A DNA stretch of 64,000 nt from Craspedostauros australis (taxonomy: Eukaryota): positions 1 through 64,000 of the forward strand of contig JALAGF010006292.1 in NCBI GenBank assembly GCA_030167865.1. Direction: 5' to 3'. How positions within the stretch are numbered: position 1 is the stretch's first letter; each line of letters opens with the position of its first letter. The notes under the pieces are model-generated. The model was not told where the DNA came from. It searched no databases and saw nothing but the letters and a program-made list of their open reading frames with translations. Position numbers and translations under genes: made by a program. Below, in pieces: positions 36,472 to 48,174 of the stretch.

Positions 36472-37863
36472 TTATTGCACTCGAAGGTAAAGTAATTGCG
36501 AATGTCTTGTTGTGGATCCCGACCAGCGGACTATTTTCTGCTGCTTGCAGAGACTCTCCATCTCATCGACACGAATCTTCGGCTCGCGGAGACAGCGATT
36601 CAGCTCACTCATTTGCCCAGCTCTCCCACCACCCCGACCATGCTTCAACAATTGGTTAACCTCCAACAGAAAATCGAAGGTTCGGCTGGATGGCTCTTTC
36701 AAGCATCCACGCGACAGCAACTTCGTGAATGATGCAAAGGAATACCACGATGCCGTTGACGTATGTAGCTCCCCCTGCACATACTTTTGACGTTTGTTTC
36801 GTTCCAGAAACGGATCTACGAGTGCCTTGTATTCATGATACTCGATCGGTTTCGGCAAGCGCGCGCGCGCGAGAGAGATTTGTGAGGTTGTGGCTTGATT
36901 TCAGTCGGTCGCTGAGCGCACTTGTCCTTCACAGCTTCTTCTCTCTGTCGATGCGCCGTGGTTGCGAGACCTATGGTCTGCACTCGTGTCCCCAATAGGA
37001 GAGAGCTGTTAGATTGGTATTGCTCATTAACTAAAGTACGTCATCGAAGTGCTGGTTTGATTGCGTTCCCATGTGCATATCGATTCTGTCAAGGTGAGCG
37101 GCCTTGGAACGGAACTTGATGAGTTGGTCCATCTCCTCGTGCGAATAGACAGATCGATATCCACCAATGGAAATCTCTGTGATGTACTTCTGGAGTCCAA
37201 GATGGTTGCTAGAGTGCTGCATCCATTCTCAAACCGACACTGATTGAGTTCCATGCCTGCTGAGTGTTCGTAATTGGTGGCCATCAACGTATCGCAATCG
37301 TGAAGATCACAGAAGTTCAGCTGTGCCCAATTGGTCGCCATGGGAATATCACAAAGTTGCCTCATGTCGAAGATGCATTGTTCCAGCCGCATGTCCAGAG
37401 ATGATGAAGCTGCGATCACCAAGCGGAGCAAGAAACAGATCCCTTGTGCTGGACACTGCCATCGCTATTGATATCGACATCAGCATTCGCATTGGCAATA
37501 CTATGCATTGACGTTGATGTAGACTCAGGTGTCCCCTGCACTGAGAATCCCACGACCTTGCCACAAGGCTTGGTGGAACCAAGGCCTTGGCGACACAGCG
37601 ATGAGTCTGTACCGATCCACCAGAGAGTCTATTTCAGCGAAGGTGAACCCTGATTCTATGGCTTTGGCCCAGTATTCATTGCGTTTGGGCTGAGCGATCC
37701 TGCGTATCCATGTTGTTGGCTCCCTATCCCAGCTTCATATGGTGCAAAGTTCTTTGGGTGGTTCCTCTTATCCAAGCAACTGCTTTCAAAACAGGTCGAA
37801 GTCTGGGTCATGATGATCCTCATAATGGATGTTTCTGCTGGGATCTTCCATCATGCTGGACAT
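36472..37863 (-). pseudogene. Probable disrupted RNI-like/LRR gene
   Basis: Protein-like fragments (LMSNTNLTALSY, DRLKSSHNLTNLS, LVDPFLERN) are broken by in-frame TAG/TGA/TAA stops and frameshifts, one at a (GC)n run near 36860. The 5' half is CpG-poor. Confidence 0.45.
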
Positions 37864-39572
37864 TTTTTCTCGACAACGTCAGTTTGGGAGGTTTCGTTTC
37901 AAATCAGTATGATTGATGTGTTGCAATGGCACGGATTGCATTGGAAGGGAAGGGAATGGCGTTTGTTTGGTTAATGTACAATTCCATTCGTTTGTTTCTA
38001 GTTCCAACATTTGTGCTCTGTACGAGTACTCTCGAGTGGAGTAGATGCTGCTCTGTGACCATGCACATCACAACACACCATGGTCCATCGAAAACTTAGA
38101 TTGGCATGCCACCTAGGGCATTGCGATTTCGCAACGATGCAAGCATCATCGACAATCGTGTTCCATTTCGAGCGTGTGCCATACTAACAGAATGCGAGTA
38201 CTTGTGCGTGAAGCAAAGTAAGCATCATCAATGATCGTGTTGCGACTGCTCGCAAACTAAGCAAGACGATGTGGAACGAAGCGAAATGAAACGAAGCGCA
38301 CAACGGAGTTGGAGCATTTGCGAGCCGGTCAGCCAGATGGTGTTCCACTCCCACAGGAAAGCAACACACGAAGTCACGCCGACGCTCCAGGAGTCTCCTC
38401 GTGCGGCTTGTGCAGTTAATCTTATTCATGGCCTGCACGGATGCGCCATGCGCCTTGGTTCAATCGAGACAGGACAAAGTACGAGCTGCGAGCAGAGAGT
38501 GTAGATCGTATGGTATTACATAATATGCATTAGTACTATACGACTCCATCAATTGTGGCAGCTCATAAAAATAGTGTCTACAGGTAGAGAGAGAAAGGAA
38601 GGGATGTCGCAAACTACGACGGATACGATCTATAATAGTAGAATAGTTTGTTTGGAGTATTTATCGAAGATATTACCATTCTCGCAGAACGGATACCACA
38701 CCGATGGAGTATGCGCTGATTGGGTGGACGAATAGAAGCGGAATTTCAAATTCAAATTTCTGTTCATCCACGCTCCCGAATGTTATCATAGGGAGGTTTA
38801 ACGGCAAAGACCACGGTTGGCATGCGAACGCCTTTTCAGTCTCGTGGACCCCACCTTTTCCCTCGGTTTGGTACCTCCAAGCCACCGCGCCGACTGGCTG
38901 ATCGACGGGTTCATCCAGTGATGGCAACCCAAACCGGGATTTGATGAATGGTCTCTTCTTTTCTTGGTGGTGTGTGCTTCTTCTTGGTGGCTTCGTGCAT
39001 TCATTCGAATCGCGAGGCGTTGGGGGTCGACCCCGTGGATGTGACAGTTGTTTTCGTTGTTGTTGCCGTTGTTGTTGCTACTCAGCCGACTCGATTTTCC
39101 GTTACGGTTCGTTCTCCACCTTCTTTGCGCTTCGTGTCAACTCATTGATGGCAGTCACACTCCGCGGGTACGATACGAGGCACTCTATCGCGACCTTGGT
39201 TGCTTCCTGCCCTCAGCAGAGCTTTGTTGTCCATCAGGTGTCAGCACTCTTCTGTCGGAAAGAGACAAAGCCATCGACGTCCACATTCTCACCGCCATCA
39301 CCATCGCTGGTATCAACAACAGGCAACACTCGAGCAACCACAACACAATCAACAAGCAACAGAAATACGTTCGCTGAGTGAAGCGGTCCGCACACAAACT
39401 GCCATTCGACAGCAACTTTGGCACACTTGACAACAACCGCCGTGTTCAGACACATTCCGAGGACTCGGGTGCAGACCGACAGCGACACTTGCAACGACGA
39501 TCACAGCACGACGATCGCTCCGCAACTACTACCCAACGCATACACGCACAGTCCATTCCTCTGCTCAACATC

Positions 39573-40187
39573 ATGCCTCCACAAGTGGCGTGCGATACGA
39601 ACGACGACAGCCTCGTCTCATTTGAGGAGGTGTTGGCAACCACAGACGTCACGACGCGCGATGGCTGCGTGATGTGCGGCATCTGGGATGGCCTCTGGCT
39701 TCCAGCCTTTGCCGATTCTGCTGTGGAATCGATCTTCCTCGACGACAGCGAGACCGACATCGATTTTCACCGTCGCGGCGAAATCTGCGCGAGCGAAGAC
39801 GAATGCAGTAGAGACTACGGGTCCGGACGCGGTTCTTCCCGCAGCAGCCAGCTGTCGCTGCTGCCCAAAAAGCAGTTGAGCATCCCGCCATCTCCTCGAA
39901 CCGTCTGCAGGGTTTGGAAGCAGAAGCGCAAACAGAAGCAAAAGGAGGAGCAGACGCAGCTATCAATGGACGATACAGAGCGGCATGCCAACACTGGAGG
40001 CCCCCGATGTTCTGCAGGAGACCCAGCATATGACCCAGCGTGGGAAGACCGATACCTGCAGTGCCAAGTCAAGCAGTCAGCCCGGGCCATACAGAGAGAC
40101 TTCGAGAACAATGCACCGCGTGACACGCTGTACAGTTACGAAAAGTATGGTACGCGTGGCAAGTTCAAACGTCAGGTTGCGATTTGA
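39573..40187 (+). CDS. Hypothetical protein (204 aa)
   Basis: ATG-initiated ORF with coding-like composition and no recognisable domain. Confidence 0.45.
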   Translation: MPPQVACDTNDDSLVSFEEVLATTDVTTRDGCVMCGIWDGLWLPAFADSAVESIFLDDSETDIDFHRRGEICASEDECSRDYGSGRGSSRSSQLSLLPKKQLSIPPSPRTVCRVWKQKRKQKQKEEQTQLSMDDTERHANTGGPRCSAGDPAYDPAWEDRYLQCQVKQSARAIQRDFENNAPRDTLYSYEKYGTRGKFKRQVAI

Positions 40188-41960
40188 AAGAGCTGACCGC
40201 ACAGTCTTGGAAACTCTTCTTTTCGGCACTTCTTTCACAAGCGTGCACACTGCTTGGCGGATGTCGCGAGTGTTGGCATCAGATCTTCGCTGCAGAATAC
40301 AGCAATTCCGTGGAACAAGAAACGCAGTTTGTTGCTTCGGACCCTTCATTGGTGGCCGCAACTTCTTCGATTCGAAGTCCTCGGAAGAGGCGCAGCACAA
40401 TGCACAGGCAACCGAATGGCACCATACACACGCCACAGAACACACGGGTGATTCCCTCATTCCATTGTACAATATCTGAATACATCCATCATGTAATACA
40501 CTAGAACACCATGCGTACATATAATACCTTCACATCTTACATGTTCCCAACATCTTGAAATGGACGATCCGTCCCTGCAGTAAACCATGAATGTATGTAC
40601 GATCTACACGTACCGATAGCTTGCATTAGCAGGAGCGCTGTAAAACATCGTTTGGGTATGAGAATGCGGCCGCCAATTTAGAGGAGAAGCAACCCTTCCC
40701 AAGAGCACGTCCTGCCGGTCCATGGCATTTGCGAAGGCGCTCTGCGTATTCGAAACTGTGCTGAATGAAGCATGTCTTCTTGGGTGGGAGGTGACGCACC
40801 AGAGCAAGAAGCGCCTCCATCCAACCCAAACCACAGTCGCGATTCTTGTGAGCGACAAGAATAGAGTACTACTACACCATACTGGGACGGACCGGACCCG
40901 AGCACAATATGCCCGTGTTTTGGAATGGCACAGTGCAAGGACAGAACAGAGGCACAACAACACTTTCTCTCGAATGTTATGACACACGAACATCATCAAC
41001 GCCATTGATTCTGATCACTACGCGGACTGGTCCATGCCCATCACAAAACAAAGTGGAGACAGCCGAGAACAGAAGAGCTTTTGGAAACCTTTGGCGCCAA
41101 AATTTGTGAAGGATGCGGAAACCTTCGTTTTCTCCCTTGGGGAGTTTTTGAAAGGATGGATGTCGCGGTTCGCAACGAGCGAGCCAGCCATGTTGATCCA
41201 ACGAGTCGAATGTCAGGCAAAATGACCCGACTTGAATGGCTTGCGGATCTTTCCCGTCTGGACATGGAAACGAACACCACTAAAAACGCCACCGTTTTGC
41301 CTTCTTGTTTTCTCTTTCTGCTTTTCCTTCAGCAGTTTCTCGCTGTGCTTTCCTTTCGTTGTTGCGTTCTCGGCGAGTGTCTTTCATCATGAACTTCTTT
41401 TCTGTCTTCCGTATCAGCAGAAGCAACAACGGGAGGCACACGATCAATCGGTGTGAACAACAATTGAACACCAAGAGAGAGAGACAGCATCATTGGTGGA
41501 TGCTGATACAACCTCTTCATTCGCACAAGCATTGACACGCAAAGGAGCAAAGAAGCAAACACAAAAGCAGGAGCAACCTCGAGCAACAAACAATCAAATA
41601 CTACACGGACTCAAGTGTTGACTCTTGAAAGTAACAGCATTGCTTCACCCTCCACCTTTGACGTCACCATCGCCTTCACCATTGCGACCGCAACCGCAAC
41701 GAACAGAACAGAAAAGGCACAAGAGACGTGAATTCGAGAAGCAACGCTCGACACGAACACAAGACGACGGAAACACACGATCGACGCTACTCGTACCGAC
41801 ACTCTGCCATATCGTACAACTTTGTCAGAGAGAAACTGAACGAAGACAGTTGAGCCAGCATCATCATCACAGATTATCTGCAAGTGAACAATTCTATTAC
41901 ATAGCATACTCCTATTGGAAACAATACAACTCCATACAGAATAGCAGCGCAAAGGCAAAG

Positions 41961-42671
41961 ATGGCGGCCGAGAGCTCAGAACACTTCGACGAGTGGGCGA
42001 CGGGGTCCATGAGGGACCTGGCGCAACGGATGGATGACATCGACAAGCAGCTCGAGGAGATCGTGGACTCCACGAACGACGAGACCGGAAGCGGCGATGG
42101 GGACAAGAACGGAGGTGCGCCAGCGGGAGGTGACGATCCGCAACACAGCGACGGCGAGGAAGAAACTGCCCTCAACACATCGACGATGAGCAGAAAGCAC
42201 GCCACCGACACCTCCACAGTTGGCGACTTTGACGATTACGACGACGATGATGACGATCCCACCGAGCACGACTACGACATGGCACTGGGCGACCTGCAGA
42301 GCGAGCTCAACGAGGTCAACGCCGCCGCCGTTCGATCCGCCGTGCCTCCAAAGGCCGACGACTTCCAAACGGTCCAAACCCTCGTCACTGTCTCCGTCAA
42401 GAAGCCGTCGAAGGAGGCGACTGTGGGAATTTCCATGAAGACCGTCAAGGGCGTCACGAGGATCACGGCGATCCGGCACAATGGACTGCTCAAGGACACC
42501 GACCTCAAGCGCGGCTACGAGATACTGCAAGTCAACAACGTCCCCGTGAAGAACGCGAGGCATGCCCGCTTCCTCATCCAGGAAACGCCGAGCGTGGTCA
42601 CGATCAAAACTCGCATCCGTCTCGATCCAATGCCAACGCCGAAACCTGTCGATCTGACAAGGACGAAGTAG
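41961..42671 (+). CDS. PDZ-domain protein with acidic N-terminus
   Basis: The C-terminal VSVKKPSKEATVGISM...ITAIRHNGLLKDTDLKRGYEILQVNNVPV...VTI fits the PDZ pattern. Strong C/G-ending codon bias. Confidence 0.8.
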   Translation: MAAESSEHFDEWATGSMRDLAQRMDDIDKQLEEIVDSTNDETGSGDGDKNGGAPAGGDDPQHSDGEEETALNTSTMSRKHATDTSTVGDFDDYDDDDDDPTEHDYDMALGDLQSELNEVNAAAVRSAVPPKADDFQTVQTLVTVSVKKPSKEATVGISMKTVKGVTRITAIRHNGLLKDTDLKRGYEILQVNNVPVKNARHARFLIQETPSVVTIKTRIRLDPMPTPKPVDLTRTK

Positions 42672-44084
42672 TGGCCCATGGTTCAGAGACACACAGAGAG
42701 AGTGCGGTTGCTTCGTCAGCAATCCCCACAGCGGATCGCGCTGCGCCTGTCTCTGTTCATCATCGAACAGATCAGCAATTGGTCAACCTTGACTTGGTTG
42801 CTGGAAGACTGGTAGTTGCTTTTTGCTGTGAGTTGCCGCAGCAGCAGACGCGGCTTTCGAACCAACCCTCGAAGGAGAACACATGATGGCGCATTGGTGC
42901 CAGCGAAAGAACGAGAAAGCGAGAGAGAGAGAGAGATACAGGGTGAGAGTTTAGTATGGATGCGGGAAAACGAAAGAGACACGAAATATAGCATGATCCT
43001 TCACTTGTACGCTCTCCATCAGAACGACGCGTTCCTCATTTTCGGTCTGTTTGAAGCGGACGCCGCAGCTCTCGCTTGTCGAAGGAGGGACACATTGTGG
43101 GCGCAACCACAAATGCACCAGGGTGCTCTCGCTCTCGCTCTCTCTGCCTGTCACTTCGCATCAGAAGGATTCGATACATAGTACAGCACTATTGGGAACA
43201 TCCTACTCTCCTCTGTTCGGCTTGTATCATACTCATAGTATACCGTTTGGACATGCACACGCACGCGGCAGAGGCTGAGGCTGAGGTTCACAGATGCGCA
43301 GTTCGAAATGGTCTGCTTTACACGATCGGCGACGACGGCTGCAACAATGGAGCAAGGCATTCAGAAGTTGCTTGCGTCCCTCTCATCATCCTCCGATCCC
43401 ATTTGGCTTCTTGCTTTGACATCATTCTCACCTAGCCACTCATCTGCAAAGGTGCGCTTCTCATTGAGCAGAAGAGAGCAGAGTAGAGTAGAACAGAGTG
43501 GGCTCTCTTTTGAACCTGCTATGTCGTGCTGGCGACTGGCGAATTGTGCGGAAAAGCGGCGGCGTTGGAACGCAGCGCGTGTTGCGGACTGGCGGAAGTT
43601 ACAAGATCGGTCGGAGAGGGCAGAACTTTGGGTATCTTTTCACTGTCAGTATGTGGTTGTATTGTTCATGTCTGTCTGTTCATACTCGATTTCTGAACAC
43701 GACTGCTTCGTTTGAAGTCAACTTACACGGGTGACTGAAGTACGTTTTTATGTCAATTAGTATCCTCATCAACAATGATTGAACATCCAGTCCTGAACTC
43801 GCACGACTAGCAGTCGTCAAAGATCCACACGAAACTTTGCTGGCAAAGATGCCAGGTGGAACTGTTTTGTGTTGTTTGGTTTCGAAGAGTTGTTGTCGTT
43901 CATCTTTTGCGCGGATCAATCATCCAACCAACCACCAAGACATCATCACAATCCTAGTCGCGATTGCAGTTGTAGTCGTACTCGTATCAATACAACAACA
44001 CTACAACAACAACGCAACAACAATACAACATCTGGGACAGACACAACCAACGCCGCGTCCTTCTTCGCATAGCATTCTATCGAT

Positions 44085-46015
44085 ATGATGTCGCGAACAA
44101 CCTGCAATGTGGCGTCTGCGGCACTGCTGATGCTGATTCCATTGATGTCCCTGTCGGATTGTCGGCAGGAGGTGTCGGCAGCGCCCTTCCATGCCACCGC
44201 AGTCTCTGGGCGCCATTTCAGTGGAAGGCCTCATCCATCGGCTCTGTCGGCCACGGCAGCCAGATCTGTGCCTCTGCATCTGCAGTTGCGTGGAGGCGCG
44301 TCCGGTTTGGCCACGGCAAGTGGTGATGACGAGGAGGTCGAGGGTCTGGATGACGAAGACGCAGAGGATGAGGATGACGAGGAGGAAGAGGAAGAGGAGG
44401 AGGAGGATAACGCACCACCGATATCCCAGCTGCCAGTCACCATCATCGTGAAAACCAACCTGGGCAACGAAATCATGGATCAGACGGTGATGGTCACTGC
44501 GCAGCGAACTAAGAACATTGAATTCCTCAAGACCACCATCGCGCGGCAGCTGCCTGGCAAGCCACCGGCGTTGGCGCTCGACATTGTGCACGAAGGACGG
44601 ATCCTGAATGACGATGTTCTTGTCGATGAATTGATCGATGAAGAAGATGACGAAGACCGCGACGATGGCGATGACGATGACGATAGTAGCGCGGAGAAGT
44701 CCATCAAGCTGACGGTGAACATTATCCCACCGGTCGACCATCAATTTGCAAAGGATCTCTTCCCCAAATTCGTACGCGAAGCCAAGCGCAACGGAGATGC
44801 TGCTGTAAACCTAAGTGCTGATCCGAAAGAGTTCATTCCCACAGAGGACATCGTGCGCGCGTACTACCTCAACCAGGCGGCCATGCAACGCAACGCGGCG
44901 CTCCTCGCCAACCCAGACGCGCCGCAATCGGCATTCTTGCGCATGGAGATGATCCAGGAGGCGGATGAGATGCAAAAGGCCCTGCGGGAGCAAGTCCCGG
45001 ACGATGTTTGGGAGGAAAGCATGGTGTCCGTCACCAAGACCCACACAACCGAGGAACGACGAGGCCAGCGGTATCGAACCGGCAAGGGAGGCGCCAGCAC
45101 CAACCTGAAGGCCCAAATACAACGGAACCTGAACATTGTAAGTACCAAACAAGCGTGACGCAATGCTCGTATGCAACAACAACAACAACAACAACAGTGA
45201 CAACGTTGGTCCTGAGCGTTCAGCGCGCGGCTGACAATGTTGGATGATCATGAAATGTATGTAACACAACCGAGCCGTTGACATCGCGGCGATATATTCC
45301 CGACAACTGTCACTCACACCTTGCATCGTCTTTGCGCGGCTCCACATGATGTCAACAAATGGACTGTCCTCCTCTCAATGCGATGCTCTTACGTTCGACG
45401 ACAACAACTACGGCAACAACGACGGCAACAACGACGGCAACAACGACGGCAACCTCTTGCTTTCATGCCATCGCATTTGCATCTCGCACGTGGTACACAC
45501 ACACACACACACACACACAACGCCCCCCTTTACGTGCGCACGCACATTCATTATCATAGAGCTGGCCCGAAACACTTCGTGCTTGCTTCTTATTCATCAT
45601 CCTTGGATTTTTTGGTGGCAAGAGCACCCTGAAGCGCAAGCTCCTTCTGCTGTGCGCCCCCATGTGCTTCGTCGTGCAGGCAAGACCCTCGAAAGTCCTC
45701 CTCAAGCAGCTGTTTTACATGATGGCGAATCCACCCAAGTTCATCCTCAGCTTGATGCCCGTCTCGCAGCAGGCGATCTTGTCGTTCGACGAAAATGAGG
45801 CTTTTCAGACCTTGTACGGAAGAAGCTTGGAAGGGCAGGGCGACGATGAAGAGGGTGACGACATGGAAGGTGCAGAAGATGATGACGAAGAGATTGAGGA
45901 AGCGGACGAGAACGAGGACGAGGATGAAGACGATGAGGAAGATGCTGATGAGTACGACATCGATGAAGAAGAGGAATATGATGACGAGGATGAGGAGTAT
46001 GACGAAGACGAATGA
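44085..46015 (+). CDS. Signal-peptide-bearing ubiquitin-like (HERP/Usa1-like) membrane protein; exons 44085-45137, 45560-46015
   Basis: Hydrophobic N-terminus, then an LQLRGG motif and acidic tract. UBL fold pattern (VTIIVKT...IEFLKTTIARQLPGKPP...IVHEGRILNDD). Two adjacent hydrophobic segments in exon 2 and an acidic tail. Phase-0 GTAAGT/TAG intron. Confidence 0.75.
45401..45518. repeat. 12-bp minisatellite (CGGCAACAACGA)x~4 plus (AC)n, intronic
   Basis: Read directly within the intron of the UBL gene. Confidence 0.85.
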
Positions 46016-46634
46016 ACGTTGAACCTCGAACATTGAGACAAGCAAGCCTGATGCAGCACAGATAGACCACAGCGACAGCTGCTGCCAATAACAACCCCTC
46101 GAGTGGGTCAGTTCTAAAAATTCAGTCTCCATTGTTTGGCCCAAGTACGTCCAAGTGCTGCCGGGTATGGTAGGTTGTACTCTAGCAAATGTGAGAAGTC
46201 ATTGCCTGCGAAGCAATTGTATCTTGGATGGCCAACTAAAAAAGTAATCGCGCCAAAAAAGAATATCTCCGCCTGTGCCAAAATGATGGGGTCGTTAGTG
46301 TGGGATGGTTCCGAACCCGAGCCCTCACGGCGCCACGCGCGGGCCCATCCCAACTTGTTCAAACGTGAAGTTCAATTTAGAATATAACTACAACTAAAAC
46401 ACCCACACAAGCACATCGAAAAACAATCAACACCCGTTTTTGCCCAACAAACAAACCCCAATGTGTTTTACAAATACCTGACTTGTTCTGCGAGTATTGG
46501 TATTTTCATCAACGTCAACCCTCTCTGGTCTTATCCTGCCCTATCCCAAGCATTTGTATGTATATTCCGAAACGCTTAATCCACATACTTGGACGCTGCA
46601 CTTGTACCTCTCTGGAGAATCTACCAGACTTTAT

Positions 46635-47645
46635 CTACAATTCATCGTCGTCGCTGTCATCCTCGAATATGTCGCGTTCAGGGAAGTTGCCAACTTGAAC
46701 GTTCTTGCCGCGCACGAACCCTGCGTGCTTGTCCATCGCTTCAAAGTAACGCCTGCCCTTGACAGTACCGTCGGTCTTGCCAACTGGCTCGTCGAAACGG
46801 ACGCCAACCCAGTGTCCTCCGACTCCAAGTTCGGGGACCTTGCCAACGTACGCAACGGTCCCTCTCCTCGAACCAGGCTGCACTTCACATCTCTGCTCGA
46901 GGCGAATCTCGGCAACGCTCGTCTCTCCGAACTCCTCGCTGTCGGCTGTCACAGATGGCGAACTGGCGGAGCTCATCGCCCCGCTGTCGATGCCACGGTC
47001 GTCGTCGCTTCTCGCCAGCTCACCTTTCGCATCCACATGGAATCCCTTGGGCAAGGGCAGACCCAGCTTGTGCTGCCGCTTGGCATCCACCATCTCGCGG
47101 TGCTCCTTGGCATGCCTGGCGAGCGTGAACGTCGGGTCCTCCTGCTTCTTTTTGCGACCCCAGTCCCGCAACGTGCCGCTGCGCTTGTTGTACTCATCGT
47201 CGGACAGACGGAACTTCTGCACCAGCGACGTGTCCTCGTACTGACCGCCGCTGCTGGCGGAGTGCGGGTTCAGATCGACGCAGTGGACCTCCATGCCATG
47301 CTGCAGGCCGAAGTAGCCCAGCTTGCAGCTGTCGTCATGTTCCGGCGGGATCTCCACAATCACGTTGCCCGAGCTCTTGATCTGCAGATGCTGGTGACCT
47401 GGCGGCGTGCCCGTCTTTTGGTGGATGCGCTGCTGCAGCGTGCTGAGCGCGTCGTGCAGGTTGAAGCGGACCTCGACGTGCCTCTGCACGAGGTTGGAGT
47501 GCGTGAGATCCAGCACCACCGTGTTCTTGTGCACGTCATCGTACTGCGTCGCATCCTTCGCTTGGATGTACGCCTTCAATGCCAGCAGGTCTCTGTTGCG
47601 GATGATCGGCTTGCTGCCTGCCGTTGGTTGCTGAATTGCGCTCAT
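46635..47645 (-). CDS. TBCB: Tubulin-folding cofactor B (UBL + CAP-Gly)
   Basis: N-terminal UBL (LTHSNL...TGTPPGHQHL...LGYFGL...VHCVDLNP), EDTSLVQKFRLSDDEYNKR, and CAP-Gly (WVGVRFDEPVGKTDGTVKGRRYFE...GFVR) ending GNFPERDIFEDDSDDDEL. Confidence 0.95.
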   Translation of the reverse strand: MSAIQQPTAGSKPIIRNRDLLALKAYIQAKDATQYDDVHKNTVVLDLTHSNLVQRHVEVRFNLHDALSTLQQRIHQKTGTPPGHQHLQIKSSGNVIVEIPPEHDDSCKLGYFGLQHGMEVHCVDLNPHSASSGGQYEDTSLVQKFRLSDDEYNKRSGTLRDWGRKKKQEDPTFTLARHAKEHREMVDAKRQHKLGLPLPKGFHVDAKGELARSDDDRGIDSGAMSSASSPSVTADSEEFGETSVAEIRLEQRCEVQPGSRRGTVAYVGKVPELGVGGHWVGVRFDEPVGKTDGTVKGRRYFEAMDKHAGFVRGKNVQVGNFPERDIFEDDSDDDEL

Positions 47646-48174
47646 CTCCAAATCGGTACGAGTGAGTTGGTCGGCTAGTGAGTTCGTTGGCTGTCTTGGT
47701 GTGTGCGCTTGATGCCACAATTGCAGTTGCGGGTGTGATCTGCTCTGCTACGTTTTGTTGTGTTTGGTTTTGCACACGTTTCGATGAGGCGTTTGCCTTG
47801 TGGTGACAGATCGTTTCGGATGGTTCCGCGTAATGTCATGCCAGGAGCATTTCGTTCCACCTCCCAGGCTTCCTTTCTGTTCGTTTTGGTTCATTTCACT
47901 TGAAATCACGATTTCTCGCATTTTTCACACTTGTTCGAACAACTGTGTCAATTATCAATTTGCCGCGGCTCCGTCGTTGAGTGAAAGAAATGAGCAATGA
48001 AAAAATTGAAATTTAATGGTCACTCCACATCTATGTACCTATGCCCGTAGTATCGCATGAGATATGTTGGCTGCAGCCGTTCCCCTTCATATTCGTACTC
48101 TCGACTCGCATGATGCTTGTATAAGTACCCAGACAGCACAACGCCGCCAGTCTGTCAACGTTGTAATGCAAAGA

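Noticed and set aside
45401..45452. Short tandem repeats as a possible CRISPR-like array
   Set aside because: Head-to-tail 12-mers with no spacers; an ordinary intronic minisatellite.
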